Below the pieces are notes generated by a model. That model did not search any database, was not told where the DNA came from, and saw only the letters and a program-made list of their open reading frames with translations. Source: Trichoplax sp. H2 (Eukaryota). Taken from it: a stretch of DNA of 64,000 nt. The DNA lies in the NCBI GenBank assembly GCA_003344405.1, contig NOWV01000012.1, forward strand, positions 1 to 64,000, written 5' to 3'. Below are positions 38,864-50,500 of the stretch, piece after piece (position 1 is the first letter of the stretch; each line of letters opens with the position of its first letter). A program made the translations under genes and the position numbers.

Positions 38864-41457
38864 ATGCCACCTCCAGCATCTACAAAAGAAGACAATGTTA
38901 ATCCTGTGAGCAACGATAGCGTGAAGGTATACATACGCAGATATCGTTCTCCTCGTCTACGTAAGCTTGGCGAGGATATCATAAAATTTTGTAGCTTCAA
39001 ATTCGAGCCAAAAAAGGCTTGCAAAAAAATGTGGGAGCGTATGCACACTTGGTAAGTTGGTTTTTATATACTGTACAAAATAATTCGATACTGTATTATA
39101 ACCTAGGGATTACAATATTACAACGGAAAGTCCACGTACTGTATTACCGATAATTCTGATATATACGTACAAGTGCACATGCTGGGCTTAGTGTGCGGTA
39201 TAGTCGATTGTATTTTTGTAGTATGTAGTGCTATGTACATCATTTCGAACCGTAAAAAAAGAACGCTGATTGTTGCCCTAAAGTAATGTTAGCGATAGCG
39301 ATGTCGGATATTGTGTTGTCAATTTGCTGTAATTGCGCTTCGCGAATTCACATTGTATTGTAACATGGCTATTTCACCTACTGCACATACCCAAAATGTG
39401 TCTTTGCTACTGTCATTACTGGAGCAGAGCTATGTATGCTATTAAATTATTTTACCATGTCATAATGATGAACTTGCAACATCGCATGCACATTTATTGC
39501 ACAATCTTTCGGGCAGCTAAATCGTACTTGAATTTTAAACAGGCAATTTTGGAAAATTATATTACTTGGACAATTCTTAGCTTTTATGATTTGCGGGACA
39601 GCTGTCAGCAGTCAGGTTTTACAGGCTAGACATGGTGTAGACGCTCCAACTGCTCAGAGTTTTATTAATTATTTAGCCCTTGCATTCGTGTATATGCCTC
39701 TCTTCGTATTTCGTCCTAAGCGATTGCACAAGGTGCTGCGTTGGAGATCGTTAGGATACTTCTTGGTAGCTCTTGCCGATGTTGAAGCCAACTATTTACT
39801 GGTTAAAGCCTATCAGTACACAACCTTAACGAGCGTACAGGTAATTGCCTTTCGTCAATACATTAATTTACTTCTATCGAAAAAAGAGAATTGTCTACGT
39901 ATTTGGCATTTTACTATTTTAATTTCTATTTATTACAGTATAGATAGATATGATTTATATATCGCTAACACATCTTCGTCTCTTTTGTTTTTGATAGCTA
40001 CTCGATTGCATTACCATACCAGCGGTAATGATTCTTTCCCGTATATTTCTCAAAGTACATTATCGTATCGTTCATTTAGTTGGGGTGATTATTTGCATGA
40101 GTGGTGTAGGTGCATTAATTGGGGCAGATGCGCAAAACAACCATGCCCCTGGTAAGATGTTATACGAGTATAATAGTAAGATATAAAAATAAGTTCATGG
40201 GCCTTAAATTATCTAATGTACGACACACCATAGTTTTATCATATTGGCTAAGATTAACTTCTCAATAATCAGTATGCTGTCCATGTAGATTAATTCGTGA
40301 TATCGCAGTAAAAATGATTGGTGTTACATCTTCTCGTAGGTCAAAATCCTATCCTTGGAGATATGTATGCTCTTATTGGTGCTACGTTATATGCTGTGAC
40401 TAATGTCGCCGAAGAATATTCCGTTAAATTTTATACTAGATTAGAATTCCTTGGAATGATCGGATTCTTTGGTAGCCTTATTAGTGGAATTCAATTGTAA
40501 GTTTAAGATTGTTCATCAGCTTTCTCGGTAATACTTGAAAGCGATTTAGATACCTGAGATAGTGTTACACTAACCAATAAATTTTCATCACCGCTTTCAA
40601 AATAGTAGGAGTGTAGTCCCTTTATCTACCCTATGTATAAGGGATATAGATACCTCACTAACGTTGTACATTGTTTCTGTAAGAATTATTCTAGAAAGAC
40701 AGCAACTGGTATTAGCGGAATGGAATTCTGAAATAAGTAAGACGTTTTAACAATATAATTACGTCCCATGGGGCAGTTCGCTATTTAGACGTGCTTAATA
40801 AAATATAACGGTAGTTGAATATAAAATTAATAGACATCGCTGCATTATTATTTAGATATTGTAATTTAGATATCTATAATGTTACTTACCGGTACCGATC
40901 TTTTCATATTTCAGTCGGACTTTTTATTGGATTTGGCATCTGTATGTTTTTATTATACTCACTGGCACCTGTATATATGAGAATGAGCAGTGCAACGACT
41001 TTCAACCTATCGATATTAACGGCGGACTTTTACGTATTCATTTTCGGTCTGGCTTTATTCCATTTCAAGGTGAATATTTTATTCTATGCTTTGATTATTA
41101 GTTATTAAGGTTTCACCCTTTTTAGGGAAATCATCTGTTAAGCTTAATATCAAACTCATGCCACCTATTTATACTAATTATTTACACAAATATACTTTTT
41201 TCCCTTAGTTTTCTGGTCTATATATCTTGAGTTTTTGTCTGGTCGTTGTTGGTTTAATAGTGTACAATTACAAGGATCCTGTTATTAAGACGATTTATCC
41301 GAAATTACAGAAAAAAGAGGAAAAGACAACGACGAATGCACCTAGTAAAAGTAATCCACCCACCAGTTTCGACACTGTTCTTGCCTCTAATGAGACATCG
41401 ACTACTGATAAACCAAACACTAATATATTTCCCACAGCCCCAAGTTCAATGCTATAG
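38864..41457 (+). CDS. SLC35F2: Solute carrier family 35 member F1/F2-like transporter, about 417 aa; exons 38864-39051, 39543-39840, 39998-40151, 40340-40496, 40684-40736, 40915-41069, 41209-41457
   Basis: LGQFLAFMICGTAVSSQ, PTAQSFINY, DVEANYLLVKAYQYTTLTSVQ|LLDC, GATLYAVTNVAEEY, EFLGMIGFFG, SATTFNLSILTADFY. It is probably the pro-ortholog of both F1 and F2. Confidence 0.92.
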
Positions 41458-42982
41458 TCGCGCAGAAGAGCCTAACAAGGGCTCGCTGGTATAGGTCGTT
41501 CATACGTTATTTTAGCTACCGTTATATGAATATAGAATTGATACCGTTACTAGCATAATTGTGGCCGTCTCACATAAATAGCATCACATTTTACTGCTAC
41601 ATGGTAACTACTTTGTCAGATATCACGTAAAAATCATTTTATGAATCTTAGCAGGATATCGCAAGCGATATAAGATCTTATCTTAAGAGTACATGTTTCA
41701 AGTATAGTAAATGATGCGATGTATTACGTTTAATTCCGTGTTGTGTGTTCGTATTGTTCGATGGCTCAAAATCTAGCATACGGTAAAGCAAGTTAATACT
41801 AATTTGCAAAGATTGTTCAAATTGAATAAAGCCAACTTTGCTTATCATATGATATGTGCATCCTGCTAGTAAACCGGTGGTGTTTACCATTTCTGCGTTA
41901 AAAGTTACAAACTAATTGTTTCCTTCCAGAAAGCTGCCAAACGAGTGTGATTGGTTCAATTATGATTTATTAAACTTGCGTAACGATTAACTGTTACTGA
42001 TTCTACACCTAACAACAGATGCAGCTAATACAATGTCCGCACATGTCTAAAGCCATCTGAGACGGCTAACTGCCCGACTTTAGCAAGAATTTTTTCCTAA
42101 GCATTCATAAATTAATTTAACATATCTACGTACTACTTCTACTGCATGGCGTCCCAACGTAACTTTAGAGTTTAAGCCTTTGTAACCTACCGCTACTAAA
42201 CTGTTTACGTGCAAGGACGATGACATACGTATGATTCAGTAGCGTAAGCAATGAGAAATGCATACAGTACTTTATCTAAGTTCACATTTAGTGCTAAAGG
42301 TTTAAAACATTTAATCAACAATTAAAAATATTTAGTATGCCGTATAAAGTGCTTCGTCTTAATGTTTTACTGTACTGAACGTATTGAGACTCATACAGAG
42401 AACGCGATACGTATATTTTACAGATCTGTAATATCATTCAGTACTATGTTGCTACGTCACAGTTGTACAATTTCGTGAAATATGAATTTATTAACTATAA
42501 AATGGCGAATTACAATTTGTAGCTAGACTTTCGCAGAAGATATATTCAAGAATCATATTCCTGTTACTTCTGTAGCCTTTCGCGTCACTGAATGCAAAGA
42601 CGATTAATCTCATGCATTGAAGTGCGGTATCAACTTCAATGAGTATCACTTAACCTATGAACATATTATATACGTATATAGGTGCCGCTTTTGTAAATTC
42701 CTCCATTACTGTAGATATATATATACTGCATAGTAGTTTACGATGATTAGCATTTTAGTATAAAGTACAAGAAAAAATTGATCCATTTCAGATCCTAATC
42801 ACCTTTCTAAATTCAATTTTCAGTTGGTAGCTATCATATTTATTTATTTATTAATGTTTACATGGCATTACTTGTACACCGCTGTACAGTATATAACTGA
42901 CAGCACTTACAGCTTATTGTATATCCTTTGAATTTACATTTTGGGCATAAGAACGTAATGACATGGATTTACAGGTCACCGT

Positions 42983-43534
42983 TCAATCTAATTTCTTGGT
43001 CCTCCAAACACCACAAAGTTTAGCGCCAGTCCGTAGCGAAAGTATGTGAACTATAAATGCAATGACTATAAAGCTACAGCGTAGAATGATCGAGTAAGTG
43101 CCAAATACGGCAAACGTCGCAACTTTAACATCAGAAGGGGTACGGTCATTTATCCTTCGATACATGAGAAAACCATAATCTCGAGCACCTGCTATCAGTG
43201 GTCCAAGCCCAAGGCAGAGAGTACCAAATATGAATAATATCATCAAGCCAGAATTATTCCGAGATAACGCCAGTCGACCAATAAGAACGGGTACAATACT
43301 AAGCAGCCAAATATGCTGCCAGAGAGAGGCATTAATGCTTTGAGTAAGTGCATATGGTAAAATATACTCCACAACGATTACTCCTACGAGAAGAATCATG
43401 TAGATATCAGTAAAAAAGCTATAACTGCTTTTATACTCAACACTGCGTTTGTAATGATCGGCGACACGTTCACGATGTTTCCAGTCTGACCCATCGCTCC
43501 CTTTAATATTTCCGTGATGTCCACGACTCGCCAT
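42983..43534 (-). CDS. JAGN1: Protein jagunal homolog (ER membrane), 183 aa, single coding exon
   Basis: N-terminus MASRG..GSDGSDWKHRERVADHY..SVEYK, four hydrophobic segments, and a C-terminal KKLD dilysine ER-retrieval motif. Confidence 0.93.
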   Translation of the reverse strand: MASRGHHGNIKGSDGSDWKHRERVADHYKRSVEYKSSYSFFTDIYMILLVGVIVVEYILPYALTQSINASLWQHIWLLSIVPVLIGRLALSRNNSGLMILFIFGTLCLGLGPLIAGARDYGFLMYRRINDRTPSDVKVATFAVFGTYSIILRCSFIVIAFIVHILSLRTGAKLCGVWRTKKLD

Positions 43535-43965
43535 TACGATTGAGTATCTTTACTAAGGAAAAGGATACCACTAATTATAAGCTATAATTATTAATAAATA
43601 ATAATATTTTATAATAGCGTATCACCAATCAAAAGTGTACTCGATTGAAAACTGGAATTACTACAATTAACTCAATGCAGAAAGTGGGAACTGCGTTGGT
43701 ACTAGGTACTGTGCAATGCTGTTAATGCTGTTAAGCACAGTACAGTAATAATACTACAGTATGTATGATTTACAACAGTTCGCGATTGTACCATGCAGCC
43801 AAACAGATACAGAACCAGATTAGCAGTCCAGTACTATACGGACATTCGGAAATGCGGAGCCACAGACGCACGGACCGTCCGTCTTGTCACCTGGTCTAAT
43901 CTGTCCAATGACGGTGTCAAAGAACACGGACAGATGGAACTTGTAAACTACGCATGCCAATCGAC

Positions 43966-43979
43966 GTTACCATAGCAAC
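43966..43979. promoter_or_regulatory. RFX X-box GTTACCATAGCAAC upstream of the dynein heavy chain
   Basis: Fits consensus GTNRCC-N2-RGYAAC exactly; about 610 bp upstream of the dynein ATG. Confidence 0.8.
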
Positions 43980-44590
43980 TTTCTGCAATACAGTACACTA
44001 AAAACCGTTTGATCTAATCTAAACAGTCAGGAAGTCATTCAACAAATTTCGTTAGCTCTCTAGAAGTTCACTACATAGTAGTAATGTAACTACAGTTGTA
44101 GTACATATGATGTAATACTGTGTGCAGGCTTTTGCATCATCAACTGCATTGCCGTTGATTAATTTCAGTCAACTCTCACAAACATTATCGTCAGAAGAAT
44201 AGTACACCGCTTAATTAAGTCTGTATTCGGTGGTCACCCTGCATCAGGAATCAGTTAGAATACTGACTGCATCGTGCAAGAGTCTCAGACTAAGCATATT
44301 ACTCAGCGATCTGTCTCCAGCAACGCCTTCTATCATACTGTTGTTATTCGTTACTATCGGAAGAAGTGCATTTATGTAGTTGCTATTGTACGTTACAATA
44401 TATTCAGTGTACAGCTGAATTCAAGTATACGTATGTTTATGCATCATTAGCAAGTGGTGCTTAAATTCAATTTCGAAGACGTAAAACAGGGAAATAAAAT
44501 CGGCTTTTTTTTTAAATTATAATTAGATCAATTGCTGGAAATGAGCTTAGATCCTAAACTAAAATAGCGGACTTTTAAATCAGACAGAAG

Positions 44591-47500
44591 ATGGATGATC
44601 GACATTGGTGGTTTGCTACAAAACTGCAAGCCTCATTTCGTATTGGTGGATACGATAAGCCGACACTATTGGAGGATTTTATTTGTGAATCAAGTACCTT
44701 AGAACATATTGGAAACTTTCTCGGGCCAAATGGGGTTTCTGTTTTATTCTTTTATTGTGAAAAACTCGATGAGACAAGGCTATCATCCAGGCGTTTACAC
44801 GTATCTTATACAGTGCATAAAGATATCGATTTTAACGATATGTTGATCTTATACTTCTTACGGGATAGCAATGACGAAGAAATACTACCACATAATATTG
44901 CAGACGAAGTATGCTGTGGAGAGTTATCTAGTGCTATTATAGCTAGCTTACAGACATTATTATCTGATAGCTATGCCCCTCTATTAAGAGTACGTAAAGA
45001 TTGGGGTCAATGTAGTGAAGATAATATATCACAGTTATTCACCAACTTCGATAAATTGATTACTGCATTAATCGATTCAGCCGATATTCTATCGTCAAAT
45101 AAATATATGCTAAAACGACCTGAAGCATCTGTTACAAACGATTTTAAGCTGAATCGTGCTGCAGTTGTTAACCAAACTATTGTCAGTGAGTTTGAGATTC
45201 TTGTTGCTGATTGGATTTCAACTATCGAAACAGTTCTTCAAAATCAAGGCGATGACAGGTAAAATATAATTATTCTTATTTCGTTAATGATAGCATGCAG
45301 TAATTGGTACAACTATAGCCCCTTGCCTATACCTTAGTTTAATATTAAAAGTATACATAACAGCATAAATTATGAATATGTCCTTAAAATATACTTTTTT
45401 TTCCTTTGTGACAACTATATCAATTTCTGATATATCTTCTTTGAAATGATTTAGCGGTGTCGATACAAATGCTGGTCCGCTCTCAGAGCTATACCGATGG
45501 AGACGTCGACATAAAATTTTTACTAATATTACAGATCAGCTAAAAGGAAAAGAATGTAAAGCAGTGATTAGTGTATTAATTACAGCAAAATCCAAATTGC
45601 TAAAACGTTGGAAAAATATCGATGTATGGTGAGTTGATGCCTATTTTGATGTAATTTGAGACTGTATACTTTAAAGCATAGAATAATGCTACCTCATATT
45701 GAACGAGTTTTACAAACATGAATTAACATAACATATATTAATTATATATATAAATAGCTAATGTTGATCAGGAAAAAATTAATATCTAAATCTTTTAGCA
45801 TTAAACATTTTTTATACAATATTGGATAATTGTTGTTCAGTAAAAATTACAGCACGAACAAAATTGCATTGAAATTTTTATTACGTAGTAATTAATCATT
45901 TTCTAGAGATCAGTTTTAATTGGCTGAAATAATAGAATTATATACGCAATATTAGGTTAAATTTTATCGATAGGAAATTTTATTTTTAAATTCTGAAATT
46001 TACCTCCAATTTGATTCATTAGCATTACTGAAGCCGTTAACGAAACCAAAGATAAAGTAAAATACTTGGAGTCACTAAAAAAATATATTGATCAACTTTA
46101 CCACAACAATTCACCCACACAAATTGCAAGTAATGTCCTACCTATGCTTTTCAATAATATTCGTCAGATGGACTCAATTTCTAGGGCGTATGCTCGAAGT
46201 GGATATCTTGGCTTATTCTTATCGAAGGTACGTAAATTATGTATATTGCTATGATAGATTTAAGTGAAACATTAATGTAGTGCAATATATGAGTGTTATC
46301 CTACATAATTGCGATACTATAGGTAAAGTTTTTGGACTACTAGCTGAAAATTAATTGCGATTTATAATTTCCTAACAAATAATTTCTGATATGGCAAAAT
46401 CATAGCTATTATTGCATTCTGTTAATCGACTCACATTTCAAATAATTGAATTGCATACTTATTAAATTAAATCTGTTTGGTACTACTTTAGATTTGCAAT
46501 CAAATGGTTGCCTTGTGCAAGGAGTATATTAGTGGAATTTCACTTAATGAGATCGAAATAGACTATGAACATTGGAAAAATCTTGAAGACTTGAAGAAAA
46601 TTTACGACGATCCTAGAGCTAGTGGTAAAAAACAAGCAGGGCATAAAAGTGCGACGATCTCTACTACTGAGAACCAAGACATGTTAGATAAATATTTGCC
46701 ACATAGGTTGCTTGCCTGCTTAGCATTAGCTAAATCTATCCGCGATTCAATACGTAATCTTCGAGACAGCCTAGGTACAGCAGCTTTTAGTACTGTATCT
46801 TCGGCATCGCATTTATCATCAATGCAAAATCAGCATAACCAAAATGCGACACCTGCCAAGTGGAAATCATCTGGACAATCATTAAATACAGCGCTTAATA
46901 TTGTTAAACGACTTAATTCTGTTAGTGAAGGAGGAACACCGTCAAATCAAATGCCAAATAGCATTGGAGTATCACTAAATGATGAAGATAGCATTATGTT
47001 TCATTTTGACCGTTTTTGCATCCGAGTACGTCATATTATAGGAATTATCCAAACTCTTGCGCAGTTTTCTCAGCTTGCAAGTCTAACTACTGGATTACCT
47101 CGTCTGCACAAACAGTTTAACGTTTCTGCTAGCATTTGGGGTGAGCAAGGTGTCTACGGCCATTGTATTACTATATTACATACCGGTAAAGAATCTGTTG
47201 CCGCTGTTGGTCTAGCTTACCGACATGTGCCTGCTCCTCACCAGATTACAAGCGTTGTAGAAGAAGAAGAAGACGATAATAATAGTGAGCGCTTATCTAC
47301 TCATGGGCAGTCTAACCCCTTAGGCCGAATCAAAGTTACAATTCCAGACAGTGAAGCTGGTAAAATAGAGAGTGCAGACGGATCACTAGATGACGAACCT
47401 ACCGAAAGTACCGAAGAAGATCAAGACTTTGAAGAAGAATTAAGCATCACTGGTACAATTAAAACTGTTATCAAATTTGCGAAGAAGTTACTACGTGATA

Positions 47501-50500
47501 CTGTTACAACAGAAGTTCTGCTAGATGTTGACAGCATGTATCGAGAGAGATTTGATAAAGCTTACGAACACGTTATGGCTATGATCAAGCATTTAGAACA
47601 GTATGTCGCTAAATATATCGAGGTATTTCGGAGTAAATCTTATCTTATTGAATAATATTTTAATTAGTAATCATGGCTCCATTGTAGACTTTCTGAATAA
47701 AATGTACACATACGATGAGCTTTCTCGGCATTGATATTAAATTGTATTTTACAGACTGTTATGTCTAAAAAGATTACTACACAGCATGCACTGGACATCT
47801 TGACGAGGTTCGTTATGTAACTATTAACTTAAAAATACTGTATATGATTGAATGTGATATTTTTAATTGTAGGTTTAATACAGTACAAAACCGAATGCAT
47901 ATCAGTACGATGTTGAAAGAAAAATTTTATGAGGCTTTCAATTGGTACGAGGAAGAGTTAGAAGAAGTACAAGACTTATACGAAAAGAATAAGGTAGCAT
48001 ATCGAGGCTATTTAGTCGTTAGCTCTCAAATCGATATTTAAAATAATAAATCAGAATTGATTAACTTGCCCACGTAAATATGATTAATCATAGGAAGAGC
48101 CACATATTGTTCGACATGCTCCTCCAGTTGCCGGAGCTATTAATTGGATTCGTCAGTTGTTACGAAGACTTGAGGAGCCTATGAAGATTTTTTGCGATAC
48201 TAAATCCGTCATGGCTGTAAAGGCAAGATAATATTAGATAGCTTTAAAAATTAGTTTGTTAAATTGCAAACGCATTATACAATATACAGATAATTCATGG
48301 AATATTTTCAAACTTATAGGATTCTACAAGAGTCATCAAGAATTACAACCGAATCGCATCCACATTGATTAAATTTGAAAGTTTATGGTTTAGTCAATGG
48401 AAGGCGCACATTGATAGTGCTAAACATGGTCTTAAGGTACCACTTTTGCTTCGTCATCCTAAAACTGGTGATCTAATCGTTAATGCTGACGAAAGGTAAC
48501 TCTACTCTTAGATATCATAGAGTAGGAAATATATTCCAGCAATTTACTTTTTTCTGTTAATTAGAGTTTCTCAAGTTATCCATGAAGGAAGATGGATGGC
48601 CAGGCTTAATATTCAGTTACCAGAAAATGCTGTCGCAATCCTATCTCAGGTTTAGTTGATTTTCCTGCTTTTCCTATTCTATAATTTTATGAATTTAAAG
48701 AGTTAGCATATAATATTTTAATCTTCTTCGTACTTGCATAGCAAAATTTATAAATATGTGTATAATTATGTATGTATAATTTTCTATTCCGCTCAAGGAA
48801 TCTCGATTTAAAAAATACAAGCACAATCTTGAAGCGGTACTTCACGAATTCAAACGCGTATGTCAAGATATACCGTTACCACTGCAACCATTATTTGAGA
48901 AACATACTGAAACCGTTATGCGCTATTTGTTGCCGGGCCTATCGACAGTAACATGGAATAGTATGAATATCGACGCTTATTTACATCATATTCATACTTC
49001 TACCAATCATCTAAAAGAAATTGTAGTCAAAGTCAATAATATTTTAATAAGCCGAGTTGATTGTGGGATAGCATCGGTAAAAAACGCCATCCTTTTCGAT
49101 ATGGATTCTATGTTTTCTGAAGAGTGGGTAAGTAGATTGTTTTTAATAAAATTTTTAAATTCCATCTTAAATCTAGTATAAGGAAGATCATTTACTTATT
49201 CGCGCTATCTACATCCTTTCTCTAGAGCATTATCGCGTTTCCTAAGTTGCAAATAAAGAATATTGAAGCTCGTAAGCAGGAGCTACTTTCTAAAATTTAC
49301 GAGGTTGAATCTGCGCTCCGGGATATTGTTAACATCATTACTGAAAATAACATTAATTCTCAACCATCGTTACAATACCAAGTTAATGGTAAAGGAGTGA
49401 TATCGCAATTAACGAAATCGATCAATAAAAACTTGCAGAGTCAATCTTTGCAGGATAGAAATAAAAGTAGCAACTCTTCGAGTTCAGCCCCGAATTATAA
49501 AATTGGTCCATTTAATACTAAATCCTCCAATATGTTCGAGCATTACGGAAAATTAATGCATGATGCTATTCTACATAGCATTAGCAAATCACTTTTTACA
49601 TATGCTGAAGCTCTTGGTTGCAAAATTAATTTTGTTAAGCATCCTACTCAGCTCAATGGTGACGCTATCGATAATTTTGGAAATTTAAATAAGGTTCCAA
49701 CAGTAATAATCAAAGATGAAGCTTCTAATCAAGAAGATATGGTTCTCAAACTTGATAATGCATCGCAAATTGTGGCTTATTCTGGAGCAGGTAATTGCAA
49801 TGTACTTCTGAGAATGCATACTTAATATTATTACTCGTCTTACACGGAAGTAAGGAAGCCTTTAATTTTATCATTAAATCGCGCCATTTGGCTAGATCTA
49901 ATAGTCTTATTACGAACTGCTCAATAACGTTAAATCTAGTCATAAATTAATATTATAGTTTGCTCCAATTAATGTTCGTGTAACTTTCAAAATAACAGTT
50001 ATTGCATCAGTTTTAAATAAACTATTCTTCCTGTTGATCATTATAGAACTAAAGAATGAGGCTCTTTTGAGATTTAATGTGGATATTAAATTCTCCATAC
50101 CTGATCTCGTAGTTGAACCAAAGCTGGAAGATGTGCAAACTGCTGTAAATCAAGTAGCTCATGCAATAATAGCGATATCACAAGATATTAAATGGACCAC
50201 AACACAACATGAGGAAAATGCATTGGCATTCAATTTAATTAGTAACGATAAGATTGTAACTGGTATAACAAAATTGATCTCTTCTACAATAAGATCATAT
50301 CAGCAAACAGTTCGTGATAAACTGAATTCATTCCGTCGATTCAATTTCTTATGGGCCAACGATATCCACGCAACCTTTAACCAATTTGTTAAATCGGGTA
50401 TTAGTACATCAGATTGTATGTCGGAGGTTGAGCGATTGCAAAGGATAGAGCGAGAAGTTGAAGATATCGATGATAAAATTGTTGTTGGTGCTATTAGCCT

